DNA from: Marsupella aquatica
Lineage: Eukaryota; Plantae; Marchantiophyta
DNA: 64,000 nucleotides
Assembly: GCA_973895155.1 (NCBI GenBank)
Contig: OZ316898.1
Coordinates: 16,026,330 to 16,090,329, forward strand
Reading direction: 5' to 3'
Shown: in pieces, positions 24,390 through 37,600 of the stretch
Numbering within the stretch: the first letter of the stretch is position 1
Layout of the letters: every line of letters starts with the position of its first letter
Translations under genes and position numbers: made by a program
Notes under the pieces: model-generated
Told to the model about the DNA's origin: nothing
The model's input: the letters and a program-made list of their open reading frames with translations, nothing else
The model's database searches: none

Positions 24390-26974
24390 ATGTACTCATC
24401 TATAGCAAACAGCAAGCAATATGTGACCAATATGCTGAAGTAAGCCTTACAGACCAGCAGTGATTCGATAGTGTTCCAAGAGACAAAAGGAGGGAAGGGT
24501 CTGTGGAGGCACATCATCAGCATGGGCAGGTTATTTATTGCTATATTGCAAGCACATCCACGACAGTACAGGTACATCCGAGGCAGAGCACAGCAGGCGC
24601 CCTGCCAAACAAGGCAATGCACAAAACAGAGAGAGGAAGAGAGAGAATGAGCACATAGGATGAGCAGACGACGAGAATTCCTAGAGAAACTGTGAAGGTT
24701 TTAGATTGATTGCTTCAGATTGATTGCTTCAGAGGGGTCTATTGGATCGAGAATGTAATGGTCTAATCTGCAATACAGCCTCAACAATACATTCGGGAAG
24801 CCATCGCACAAAACAAACAAGACAAACAACTGATTTCAGACCTGGACTTGTAGCAGAGAGCAAAGAGCAAGTAAGCTCTGTTTGGGAAAGCTGAAAGAAA
24901 TCAAGGGCATGGCCGGGAAGTGAAAGAAGCTGACAAGCTTCACTAACCTCCAAACAAATGAGTGGCAAGTATGTTGAGCCAGATGAAAGCTGACAACTGC
25001 CAACAAGGAGTTTGGCAGGTCCAGTGTCCACCACGCAGCGCCAAGGTCTGACCGGCAACCCTCCCCCGAGCTGTGACCTATGCTGCCGACAAGCTGTGAC
25101 GACCCGAGCTGCTCTGGCCAGCTCCTTTGCAACTCCAATGTGAACCAATAGGTCCACTATCCACAAATCAGCTCAACGGAAATCAGCTTGGTGGAAATCA
25201 GCTCAGCCATTTACAACTCTGACAAATAGCCCAAAGCAAATGAGAGCTCAAATCCCAGCAATGGTGACTAATTAGAAACTCCAACCTGCACTGTAGGTCG
25301 ACGTCCACTATTGCAGCTTGCCTGTCTCCCTTCTTGCAGATTGCCCAGCTCCGCAATACCGCTGACAAGGATTTTGGAGAGTCAGTGCCCACCACGCGGC
25401 GCCAATGTCCAACGTACCGGAAACCCTGCTCCTTCACAACTCTGGCACCAAAACCTGACAATGCCCGATTAGCCTCGACGTTTCCAGTGGGGAAATGCAC
25501 TTTGTTTGAGCTCCAACAGGCTACAGCTGAATCACAGCTCCGCACTCAATCGCTCTACACTCAAACACAGTTTGTGGCTCTGCAGCTCTGCAGCTCTTGC
25601 CACTCCTGCACTCCGCACTCGCGCACTCCCACAACTCTGTGCTCCGTAGCTTCGCACTCCCGTAGCTCCGCTGCGCAGCTCTGCACTCCACTTCAGAAAA
25701 AAGCCACAAGCCTTGATTGCAGCACTAACTCCAGTGCACCGTGCCCATATTCACTCCCGCAGCTTCGCACTCCACAGACTCAATCCATGAGGTGCGATCG
25801 CAGCCCTAAACTCCACAGCTCTGGAGGCAAAAAAAGTAGTGCAAGGTCCTTGCTAAACCCCTTTGCTCTCTTCTCCTAAACCCTTTGTGCTAGAGAGTAA
25901 CCACAACATTCAGCGTTTCACCTCGATACTTTGTCGGAAAAGTGGAACGCTGCAACTCTTCATCCAACATAAGGCGGGTGCAAATAGCCGTTTGGCACGA
26001 ACCCGTACTCTAGACTTACTCTGACATGGAAGCGCCTAGGGTGATCCCAGCCATCGGATTTGAGGGTGATCTCAGCTATCTGAAATTACACCCCAAGCCT
26101 CCAGGCCATCCCATCCATCCCTTATGTTATAAAGCCAACCCACTCACCCCCCAGGTTTTTTTGAATGTAGTTTCACCCCAATGTTGCCACTTGTCTAACC
26201 CCTACAAATAAGTGCTAAGTGGTGACTACCTGGCTCTTTCAAAGTGGTGCAAAAAATGAAGAACTTCCAATATGCCACCAACAATGTTACCTAGGTGGTA
26301 TAATTACTTGGGTAGTAAACATTTAATTTCTCGCAATGCTTTTTAAAGTGAGAAATGACATTATCCACGTGAGTCCTAATGCGGGTCCTAATGCCAACCA
26401 TTTATCCTAATTAAACCCACATTTTCATTTCTAGAGTACCCTATGTGAATCACTTTTTGTCTATTGCCAATTTTAATACCTTACTTACTCCTTGAAATTG
26501 TGTAAATCATACAAAGCTTGAGAAGTAATATATGCTAGTGGTGCTACAAAATAATACATTTTCTATGACACTCCCTTGCATTGAGAGATACGCTGAGTGT
26601 CTAGAAACCCCAAGCTTCTATGTACCCTAAACCATGTTCCGGCCAGGATGTTGTTTTAATTTTCTCTATGTTTTAATTACCCTTGGCACCAATCACTAAA
26701 CTTCTTTGGCAATTTAATGGCTCGCACTTCGGAAAATCACCACATTCCAAGTGCTTTTGCCAGTCCCCTCCGAACCCACTACCTGGTGGCAAGTGGTTTA
26801 AGCAATGTATCACTCAAATGTTGGTGACATAGTTGCTGCACTTTGGTGAGAGTCCGATACTACATCACTTGTAGTGGTATTTACAAGCTCTCCATCCCTT
26901 ACTTGACTGTAAGTTATTTGTAAATTACAACATTTATGTCATTTATCACTACTGACTAGGTGATGGTAGTAGTG

Positions 26975-29160
26975 ACCACCACTTCATGAGAAGTTGTTTA
27001 GAAGGATGCATGATGTACCACCCCAGCCTGAGTGACAATGTTAGTTGCTAAAAATGAGGGCTTCAAAGCACATTGTTTTGAGTGGTTTCGGGAGTGACAA
27101 ACTTACAAAGGATAATAAGAAGTGGACGGGGGAAGTGATCCACCTTGCAACGATTCTTGGAGGGCCACAATTAAAGGAGGAGGGTTGGGCCCGCCGCCAT
27201 AACAATTCCTCTGTGTTAGCCCCCCCATGGTGAAGCCGTGGGACACCCCCATCACGTGTGCCAACTAGTTATAGCAACGACAATGAGGTTTGTGACAAAA
27301 TGCCAAGGTGGAGAGATTTGAGGCACACAAGTGATGGAACATCATGAACTCCACACAAATCATTCCAAGACTCTACGGAATTACAAATATGGGGCTTATG
27401 TGATGCGACACACAATTCACTCCTTTTAGCACTAGTTCATGGTAATGGTAATGGTAATGGTAATGTATTATAAGCTCCGGGACCATGAAAGTCAAAGGAG
27501 CTGCCACAAAAAGTAAAGTACTTTTTGGGATCACACTAAAGTGTGTTGCATCACTCAAATACGGGTGCAATTTGTAGTCGCCAAAAGGCGAGGGCCTCAA
27601 AGGACATTTTTCCAAGTCAATTGGGCGTGTACATATAAATACACTTCATTGCAAGTGTTCGCACCCAATTTACTTCTCAACTCAAATAAAGGTGGTATTA
27701 TCTTAAGTTGCATTTGCCCTAAACCCTAAAACCACCTCATTTGTAGTGGGGAACAACAATCACCCTTGGACTACCGCTTCAAGAGAAGTTGTTTGGAGGA
27801 ATGCGTGATGTACCACCCCAGCTTGAGTGATAGTATTAGTCGCTAGAAATGAGGCTTTGAAGAACATAGTTTTTAGTGATTTGGGGAGTGACAAACTTAC
27901 AATGGATAATAAGAAGTGGATCCACCTTGCGGCAATTCTCGGAGGGCCGCGATTAAAGGAGGGTTGGGCCCGTCGCCATAACAATTCCTCCATGTTATCC
28001 CCCCCATGGTGAGGTCGTAGGACACCCCCATCACGTGTGCCAACTAGTTATAGCGACGACAATGAGGTTGTGACACACAAAATGCCAAGGTGGAGAGATT
28101 TGAGGCACACAAGTGATGGAACATCATGAACTCCACACAAATCACTCCAAGACTCTACGGAATTACAAATATGGGGCTTATGTGATGTGACACACAAACT
28201 CCTTTTAGCACTAGTTCATGGTTTGGGATCACACTAAAGTGTGTTGCATCACTCAAATACGGGTGCAATTTGTAGTCGCCAAAAGGCGAGGGCCTCAAAG
28301 GACATTTTTCCAAGTCAATTGGGCGTGTACATATAAATACACTTTTTTGCAAGTGTTCGCACCCAATTTACTTCTCAACTCAAATAAAGGTGGTATCTTA
28401 AGTTACATTTGCCCTAAACCCTAAAACCACCTCATTTGTAGTGGTTTGGGAACAACAATCACCCTTGGACTACCACTTCATGACAAGTTGTTTAGAGGGA
28501 TGCGTGATGTATCACCCCAGCCTGAGTGATAGTGTTAGTTGTTAGAAATGAGGGCTTTGAAGAACAAAGTTTTTAGTGATTTGGGGAGTGACAAACTTAC
28601 AATGGATAATGAGAAGTGGATCCACCTTGCCGCAATTCTCGCAGGGTCACGATTAAAGGAGGAGGGTTGGGCCCGCCGCCACCACAATTCCTCCGTGTTA
28701 GCTCCCCCATGGTGAACCCATGGGACACCCCCATCATGTGTGCCAACTAGTTATAGCAACGACAATGAGATTGTGACGCATAAATTGCCAAGGTGAAGAG
28801 ATTTGAGGCACCCAAGTGATGCAACATCATGAACTCCACACAAATCACTCCAAGACTCTACGGAATTACAAATATGGGGCTTATTTGATGCATCCACACA
28901 ATTCACTCCTTTTAGCACTAGTTCATGGCAAGTGATCGCACTAATGTGTGTTGCATCACTCAAATATGGATGCAGTTTGTAGTTGCAAGAAGATGAGAGC
29001 CCGAAAGGACCTTATGTTAAGTGGTTGGGCTGGTATTTACCAATGCACTTGATTAAAAGTTCAAACACATAACTTTCCCAACTCAAAACATGGTGGTATT
29101 TCAAGTGACAGGTGCCCAAAACCCTCAAACCACCTGTTCTGTAGTGGTTTGGGTACAATT
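26975..29160. repeat. Three ~700-bp tandem units in the CACTA subterminal region
   Basis: GACAAACTTACAA at ~27095, 27890 and 28590; GACACCCCCATCA at ~27242, 28021 and 28724. Confidence 0.9.
27444..27521 (-). mobile_element. RTEX-A 3' fragment (~80 nt)
   Basis: Present in tandem unit 1 and absent from the homologous site in unit 2 (28218-28230). Confidence 0.95.
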
Positions 29161-29652
29161 TGTAAAAAAGAATTTTTTTATCGCTGTAATTTTGGTGGCA
29201 TGCATATCGTGACTGAAAATGTGTGTTGCTAATGACATCATTGGGAGAGATTTTGGACATCACAAAATAATCCTTTCAATTTTCAGTCATTTGTCAAAAC
29301 TGTTTTGACACTCTAATGTTGATGGCATTTGTAGTTGCAAAATGTATTTAAAGAATGACATTATTCATAGTGATTTCTGAGAATGAAAAATGATCTACTT
29401 CATTTCAAGTCATTTGCAAGGCCCTGCATTGACACTCTACTCTTAGTGGCATTTGGAGTCACTAAAATGTGCGAAGAGAATGACATTCTTTAGAGTGATT
29501 TTGGACCAAAAGAGGATGTGGCACTTGGTTTGTAGTTGCATCAAATAATATTTATTGGAATCTAATATTAGTGACATTTCTAGTTAGACAATTTGTGATA
29601 ATAATGACTTTACTTAAAGAGATTTTGTACATTGACAATTAATTCACTCAAT

Positions 29653-30097
29653 CTTATTGCTCAGTATAGACTAAGCTCACACCACCTTGAAGTAGAACAA
29701 GGGAGATGGAAGGATATTGACAGGAAAAAGAGGGTTTGTCAACTATGTGATAGCTCTAGTATAGAGAATGAATATCATGTATTCATTGCTTGCAAGTTTT
29801 ATGAGGGGGTTAGGATGGCATCTCAAATCTTGGTGAAAGATTTGTATGCATTGTTTGGTCTGCCCCCTCAGCAACTTGGAAGATATATCTTTGCGGTGGA
29901 TAGGGAAAGGAGAATAGGTTTGGAAAATCTTTCAGGGCTCTCTAGGTCCATAGTTTCTTTGAGGACATAGTTGTCCTCTTCTGAGCAATCTCTTTTGGTT
30001 GCTCTTTTCTTTGATTGCATTATACTCTACTTTTTGTGGCAGCTCCTTTGACTTTCATGGTCCCGGAGCTTATAATACATTACCATTACCATTACCA
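29653..30097 (+). mobile_element. RTEX-A 3' fragment (~445 nt)
   Basis: Matches ~40487-40932, including the ORF2 end and the tail. Confidence 0.95.
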
Positions 30098-30623
30098 CTT
30101 AAGTTGTTTGTAAGAATTTCCTTGTCACTAAAATATTTTAAGTGATTTTGCCAAAATTCATTTATGACTCCACTATTGGTGATATTTATAGTAACAAAAG
30201 GTGTGCTCACAAATGACATTATTTCAAGTAATTAAGATCACTTGGAAAAGATTCACTTGATTGGGAGTTGATTAAAAAAACACCTTTACCATTCAGATAT
30301 TGGTGGTACTTGTATTTGTAGTGCTTTCGGCCAGTAGTAAAATCTTAGTTAAAAATAGAGTTGTAAACATTGACGGTGTAATGGACGGTGGATTGTAGTG
30401 ATTTGCAAATTGTGTAATATACAACTCTAATTAAAGTGATCTAAGTTTTAGTGGCAAAAAAAAGAGTTGTAATTAGTGATTAAGGTAACATAATTCTAAT
30501 TAGAGTCACAAAATGCAGATTATTACAACCCATTAAAAAAACAGTGGTTGGCACCACGTATGAGTTGTTTAGGCAAAGTAGTTGCAAGGCCTGTAGTAGT
30601 AAAACACAGGTTTTCTTCTAGTG

Positions 30624-33048
30624 ATGGGTAACTAATGGGAAGGAAGACCAGGTAGGAGGGGGGTAAGGACCGATCGCAAGGAATGGTGGCTCAATTGCAA
30701 GCACAAACTAAGTAGACAACTACGTGAAGCCCAATACTGTCAACTGCTTAGGCAAGCACTCGCGGTGGGAGCAGATACCGACTATCAATTCAAAGAAGGG
30801 TATGAGCAACATCAATCAAGCTGCTCATTTTTGGGGATGCCTGTTAGAACGGGCAACTGAGTACATTGGGACCTACAAGGACGAAGAATCGGAAAGAGCA
30901 GCTCGAGAACGGTAGGAGCTTGCTCGACTGTGGGAGCTGCAGAAGTCTGCCTTCTTAGGAGGAGAACTCATCACGGCTGAATTTATGTGGACACCTGCTA
31001 ACGACGAGCTAGACGACCTTCTATTTTGCGAGAACAGAATTGTCAGCATCCGGGAAGCCATCAACCGCTGCAACAACATACACTGGGAGTTTAAGGGTAG
31101 CACGGAGGGTTGGACAAAGGCAATTGTGCTCGGGGAAACATCCACGACAGCTGCTATGAAGAGGAAAGGGAACAACAACAAAGAGACCACCCCTGCGAAG
31201 AGAATGAGGTTGGCGGCACCAAGGAAGCCAGCTGAGCAAGGGAGCAGGAGGCAGGAAGAAGCCAAAGAAGAAGAGGTCAACCCCATCAATGTCGTTCCAA
31301 CAAGGGATGACACCTAGAAAGGCTGGGCGGCGACCCTCCCCGAGGAAGTGCAATTACACTTTGCACGTGAAGAGGATGCATGCTTTACGGCTATGCAGAC
31401 TCGGAAGTACCAGGGCTTCATGGCCGGATCCGGCTTGGAAGCCTTCGTGAAATTACCATGGTTGAAGCCGGAGGTGCCGGATTCAGACTTATTAGAATTT
31501 GTGGGATCTTGGGAGCCCGAGACCAATTCCACAAGGGTGTATGGGAAGGATTTCTATCTCACTCCCTGGGTGATTGCCGAAGTATTTGGCTTGCCGATGG
31601 ACAATAAGACCAAAGTAGATACCAGGAAGACCTTGCCAGACAAGGAGTTTCGGTTGTTCCCAGGGCCATCAACGAAGAATGGCTTCTTTTGGAACACCTG
31701 CACCAACCCGCACATAGGGGAGATAATCGATTTCTTTGCGGGTAACCATGCATTGCAACTTGCCGAGGCCAGAGATCGGCAAGGCACAGGTCTACATGGC
31801 GGAGAGACCAGACCCAAGCCAGGACTACAACGGGTACCTCCTCACCCAACTTAAGAAGATTTTGAAGGAGAAACAGTAGGTGATCGGCAAGGGAAGTGTG
31901 TCCCGGCTTGGCTATCACATGCCGTTGTTGTGCCGGTATGCCCGAAGTCAGATCTTTCCCCTGGTACTTCCCCTGCAGGCAAGGGCACCAGAGGAGGTTT
32001 CGGAACAGAGGCCAGCAGCTGGAAAAGCCCAACCAGCCCGACAGTCCGATGATCGAGCAGGTGTTTAGGCCAAGGATGGAAGACTTGCCGATGTAGCAAC
32101 CAGGCATGCAGAATCTGCTTAAATTGCTGGAGAAGGAAAAGAGGACGGCAACGGCAACGGCACCAGTACAGGACACTGCCCCAAAAGTCAGCCTAAGCCG
32201 ACTCATGAGGGAAAACCCCTTTACTGGAGCCAAGGAAAGAAGGAGGCCGGAACACAAGCCGGGGGTTCAAATGTATGTAGGAGCCTCAAGTCCCGAAGCC
32301 GAGGAAAAGCAACCTAAGGCTCCTGTTTGCGGGAAACAGAGGGAGAAGACAGCCTGGAAGCCGGAGGAGGAACTAGGACCTGTGAGCTATGATTGGCAGA
32401 GGCCGTGTTCATAGCAAGACCAGGAGAGCAGTGAGGGGAGTCGGTAGTCCAAGTTGGGGAGGAGGTGGTGGAGGACTACGGCAATGATGACTCCGGCTAC
32501 GGGTCGGACCATCATGTCCCGGGAGTAAGGACCTGTGGCCATTTCATCCCCACGCTTCCAAGAGTAGGTCAAGGGACCCCACCTAGTAGAACAGCCCCGA
32601 GTCTCCCCCACCAGATGTCGCTCCCCCGAGCTTTGACGGAATAAAATAGACGGCACAAGAGTTTTAAGAGCGACTCAGGGAAGAAGAGGAGGCAGCCCTG
32701 GCTAGGGAGAAGGATTTACTTGGGGAGAATGGCCAGAGGACATCCGACGGCTTGCAGAAAGACGGGGCAGCCCTTCAGCCACGATAGAAGAAATACGAAA
32801 GGCAGCTTGGGAACAAAGGCCGTGGTGGTTGATGCTGATGACTTCTACTCACTCCACCTATTCTAAAGAAAGAGCCATGGAGTACGGGAGATGTGTGGGG
32901 AACTTGCGCTTAGCATCTTTGGGGAGGAGTTGGAGCAGGGACCCTTTTTCCAGAGGGAGATGTTGGAGAAACGCCAATTGGAAGAAGCGGTGGCTTTGGA
33001 GAGAAGAAAGAAGGACAAGGTCATCCAACGGCTTAGGGAGAAGGTAGC
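30624..33048 (+). mobile_element. Giant LTR-like unit, copy D (internal fragment, degenerate ORF)
   Basis: Homologous to copies A-C, with many stops. Bounded by the CACTA end on the left and an LTR insertion on the right. Confidence 0.9.
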
Positions 33049-34128
33049 TGTTAAACACTAATTCTTACCTACGATTAACCCAACTTAACCCTTCTCTATT
33101 CATTCGCGTTTGTATTAACTGATTAATCGTCCAACAATAGGGTAATCTAGTAAATCGTTTTCATATTCTGAGCATGTAATTTCAGCTGAATGTTCTTCGA
33201 TGTCTACTTCTTCTTTCCACTTCCTGGGTACAATCGACTCAGTTAATACTAATCCTTCCCTGTATACAATTTCTATAAATCCACACCACTCACGATAAGT
33301 GAAATTACAAATTGGAATACTCTCTTCCCTTAACCGACGAGTAATTAGGTGCGAACCAATCAAACAGATCCACAGTTCAATTGGCCTGAGCCTAATTAGC
33401 GAGGAATTCTTCCTATCCTTGTTGCTAGTATTCATACTTCCAGTGATTGTGATCTGATTAGATCCAATCGTCTCATTGATACTCCCACCAAGAGTTCAAT
33501 CAATTACTTATGCTACAAAGTAGATCAAGAAAGGCTATTTATAAGTAGAATGTCAATTCAATGATTACTCCGTTATGCTGCAGGTGTATGACAATTAGAT
33601 TGTCATTCTCAAAACACACACACCTCAGCTAGACTCCACTGCTTATGAGTTGTCTGTTGGTTTGATTCCGTAAGGTGTTACTCCTCAACGTGCTCACTCT
33701 GAGTGAATTAATCCTCATTCATTCTTGCGGTCGGAATATGGCCGTCTTAACATACTTATGTCTAATCCTCGGTTTATAACTTTAACAGATTCAACTCTCT
33801 TTATAATTCCGATTGTCTTACTCAATCTTCTCTTTAATTTTCCCTCTCTTCAATTTTGAATCCCTTCACTCTCAATTCTTAATCTCATAGTCAATCACCA
33901 TCTCTTTCTGTAGACCCTCTCACCAAGGTACTCATCCACGAACAATTCATCAGGTTGTGTCATAATGATTTCTTTACTTCTCAACATCAAAAATTCTACT
34001 CACATCTGAGTAGGGAACACTTAAACAGATCTACTGATCATCTTAAGGAAAGTCTGGCTTCGCCTTTCAATCAGATTACCTATTGCAAAAGTGACACCCT
34101 ATTCACTTTGGCAAGGATTCCTTTAACA
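33049..34128. mobile_element. LTR of an unrelated family (~1,080 bp)
   Basis: TGTTAA...TTAACA termini; interrupts copy D. No TSD visible because copy C starts 3 nt after it. Confidence 0.7.
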
Positions 34129-34131
34129 ATT

Positions 34132-35901
34132 TGTGATGCCTAGCCTGGGCTAGTTTTAAGGGGAAAAGGGAAGTGTACCCTAGAAACACCTTATTATAGT
34201 TACATAAATAAGGAAAATATAAACAATTAAGGGTGACTATGGAACCCGAGCCGAGGCCGGAAGTAAGGACGCCAGGGGAGAGAACACGATTAGGGTTAGG
34301 GCACGCTAAGTGCCGGCAGCTAGGGGTAACCAACAGGAGGGAGAACAAGAGGAGGAGAGGGGTAAGGACCGCTCGCGAGGATTAGTGGCTCATTTGCAAA
34401 CACAAACTGGGCAGGCGACTACGGGCGGCCAACTACTGTCAACTGCTTAGGCAAGCGCTCAGGGTGGGAAGAGATACCGACTATCAACTCGAGAAGGGTA
34501 TGAGCAACGTCAATCAAGCGGCACATTTTTGGGGATGCCTGTTCGAATGGGCAACTGAGTACATTGAGACTTACGAGGACGAAGAATCGGAGAGAGCAGC
34601 TCGAGAATGGCAAGAGCTCGCCCAATTGTGGGAGCTGCAGAAAGCTGCCTTCTTAGGAGGAGAACTCATCAAGACTGAATTCCTGCGGACGCCTACTGGC
34701 AACGAGCTAGACGACCTGTTGTTTTGCAAAGACAGAGTCGTCGGCATCCGCAAAGCCATCAAACGCTGCAACGACATACACTGGGAGTTGAAGGGTAGCA
34801 CGGAGGGGTGGACAAAGGCAACCGTGCTAGGAGAGACATCCACGGCAGCCGAGATGAAGAGGAAGGGCAACAACAACGAAGAGGCCACCCCGGCAAAAAG
34901 AACGAGGTCGGCGGCACCAAAGAAGCCAGCAGAAAAGGAGAGCAGGAGGCAGAGAGAAGCCAAGGAGGAGGAGGTCGACCCCATCAACGCCATTCCAACA
35001 AGAGATGACACCTGGAAAGGCTGGGCGGCAATTCTCCCCGAGGAAGTGCAATTATACTTTGCACGGGAGGAGGATGCATGCTTTACGGCTATGCAGACTC
35101 GGAAATACCAGGGCTTCATGGTCGGATCCGGCTTGGAAGCCTTCGTAAAGTTACCGTGGCTGAAGCCGAAGGTGCCGGATTCAAACTTACTAGAATTCGT
35201 GGGATCATGGGAGTCCAAGACCAATTCCACAAGGGTGTATGGGAAGGATTTCTATCTCACTCCCCAGGTGATTGCCGAAGGGCAATAAGACCAAGGTAGA
35301 TACCAGGAAGACTTTGCCAGACAAGGAGTTCCGGTCGTTTCCCGGGCTTTCAACAAAGAATGGCTTCTTCCGAAACACCTGCACCAACCCGCATATAGGA
35401 GAGATGATCGATTTCTTGCGGGTGACCATGCATTGCAACTGGCCGAGACCAGAGATCGGCAAGGCACAGGTCTATCTGGCAGAGAGGCCAAACCCAAGCC
35501 GGGACTACAATGGTTACCTCCTCACTCAACTAAAGAAGATCTTGAAGGAGGAACAACTGGTGATCGGCAAGGGAAGCGTGTCCCGGCTTGGCTATCACGT
35601 ACCGCTATTATGCTGGTATGCCCGAAGTAAGACCTTTGCCCCGGTACTTCCCCTACATGCAAGGGCACCAGAGGAGGTTCCGAAACAGAGGCCGGCAACG
35701 GAGAAACCCAACCCGCCCGACAGTCCTACAATCGAGCAGGTGTTTAGGCCAAGGACGGAGGACTTGCCGATGCAGCAACCAGGCATGCAGAATCTGCTGA
35801 AATTGCTGGAGAAGGAAAAGAGAACGGCAACGGCAACGGCACCAATGCAGGACACTACTCCAGAGGTAGGCCTAAGCCGGCTTACAAGGGAACACCCCTT
35901 T
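34132..35901 (+). mobile_element. Giant LTR-like unit, copy C (intact TGTGATGCC start, truncated by LINE)
   Basis: Starts TGTGATGCCTAGCC. ORFs 34464-35288 and 35272-35900 are homologous to copy B. Confidence 0.9.
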
Positions 35902-36529
35902 GGTAATGGTAATGGTAATGTATTATAAGCTCCGGGACCATGAAAGTCAAAGGAGCTGCCACAAAAAGTAAAGTACAATGCAATCAAAGAAAAGAGCAAC
36001 CAAAACTATGGACCTAGAGAGCCCTGAAAGATTTTCCAAACCTATTCTCCTTTCCCTATCCACCGCAAAGATATATCTTCCAAGTTGCTGAGGGGGCAGA
36101 CCAAACAATGCATACAAATCTTTCACCAAGATTTGAGATGCCATCCTAACCCCCTCATAAAACTTGCAAGCAATGAATACATGATATTCATTCTCTATAC
36201 TAGAGCTATCACATAGTTGACAAACCCTCTTTTTCCTGTCAATATCCTTCCATCTCCCTTGTTCTACTTCAAGGTGGTGTGAGCTTAGTCTATACTGAGC
36301 AATAAGTTGTCTAAGTTGTACTGAGATAGTGCTAGATAAGTATTCTTGTTCTCGATATTTCTTCATGGGGTTCACATCTCTCATGTAGTATTGTTGCCGT
36401 GGGCTAGGTTCATGCCAAAGTTTGTGCAAAGCCTTTTGCTCAAGTTTTGCTCTTAGCTTGGTTGGGTGTGTTGGCCATTCATGTTCAGGAAAATCCCAAG
36501 CATGGGCCCACCTGCACACATCTGCATAC
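35902..36529 (-). mobile_element. RTEX-A 3' fragment (~630 nt) with a 39-nt internal deletion
   Basis: Reverse complement of ~40264-40932; tail faces left. Confidence 0.95.
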
Positions 36530-36817
36530 AGAGAATGTATCACTGGCAAAGTTAGAGCTGCAACCGACATCGTTTGGTATGCACTTTAGCATGCACGATC
36601 TGCTACGTGTCCAGTTTCGGGATTCTGAGCTTGGGGCGAAATTTCACTTCGAGTTGGAAGGGCAATCAGCTGCGGTTTGAGCTCAGACTTTGCCAGAGTG
36701 TTGCAAACAACGAGAGTGTATCACTGGCAAAGGTAGAGCTGCAACTGACATCCTCTACTGCTCCCAATTTCTATTTGTCGTCTAAGAGTACATTCTAACA
36801 ACAGTTTCAGCTTTGTG

Positions 36818-37588
36818 ATGGCAACGGAGGAGATTGCCCATCTCAAGGCTTTGCTTGAGAAAATCTTAGTTGTGGTTGAAAACTCCGCAATTGAGATTAC
36901 CACACTCAGCAAGGAGGTGACGGAGCTAAAGAATGAGAATGTCAAGCAAAAGCGGTTGATTAGTGATCTTCGATCTCAAACTCAGGAGAATGGTAAGCAA
37001 CTCTCATTGCTTGCATCGTGTTTTGGAGACATGGAGAAGAGTATGTGCCCAGAGAAATCAGTGATACATGAGGCTGTAGGGGAGATTGAGGAAAAGCTCA
37101 AAACCTTTGCACAGGCTGCAAAACAATCACATATGGAATTTGTCCAAGCCAAGGAGGAGGAGAGGAGAGCACTAGAGGAAGAACACAAGAACCAGCATGC
37201 AAGAGTCAGCAACTGCAAAATATCAGGCCTTGTTGAGGAGGAGAAGGAAGACACCAAGAAGGTAGCAATTTCATTCTTCCAATCTCAGATGAAAGTGCAT
37301 GACCCTATCATTTTGCAAGCATATAGGATTGGGCAAAAGAAGGGGGACCTTCCACGTCCAATCTTGGTGAAGTTTGCAGCTGAATCCGAGAAAGCTAGAG
37401 TGATGGCTAACAGGAGCATGCTTAAAGGGCTAAGGATTTGGTTGGATGATGATCTGACTCCCACACAAGTCCAAGCAAGGAAAATTGAGCTTGAGAAGGT
37501 GAGGGTAGCCAAAGACCAAGGATTGGTAGCCTACTTGCGCAATGGACAAGCTGTTGTTACCAATAAGAAGAGAGTTGTTTCTAAATGA
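36818..37588 (+). CDS. LINE ORF1 protein (coiled coil plus RRM-type domain)
   Basis: Heptad-rich N-terminus; NCKISGL...AYRIG...PRPILVKF...LKG..IWLDDDLT. Confidence 0.9.
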   Translation: MATEEIAHLKALLEKILVVVENSAIEITTLSKEVTELKNENVKQKRLISDLRSQTQENGKQLSLLASCFGDMEKSMCPEKSVIHEAVGEIEEKLKTFAQAAKQSHMEFVQAKEEERRALEEEHKNQHARVSNCKISGLVEEEKEDTKKVAISFFQSQMKVHDPIILQAYRIGQKKGDLPRPILVKFAAESEKARVMANRSMLKGLRIWLDDDLTPTQVQARKIELEKVRVAKDQGLVAYLRNGQAVVTNKKRVVSK

Positions 37589-37600
37589 TGGATCGGGACC

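Larger units (their letters stand above)
16200..30623 (-). mobile_element. CACTA/EnSpm DNA transposon (right terminus at 30623; left end not found), heavily invaded by LINEs
   Basis: TTTTCTTCTAGTG (reverse complement CACTAGAAGAAAA) at 30611-30623, directly followed by LTR-unit sequence. Long subterminal repeats and a TnpA-like gene inside. Left boundary approximate. Confidence 0.7.

Noticed and set aside
24729-25879. ORFs of 100-181 aa in the CACTA interior
   Set aside because: Low-complexity CTCCGCA-type sequence with no recognisable domain; probably non-coding 5' region.
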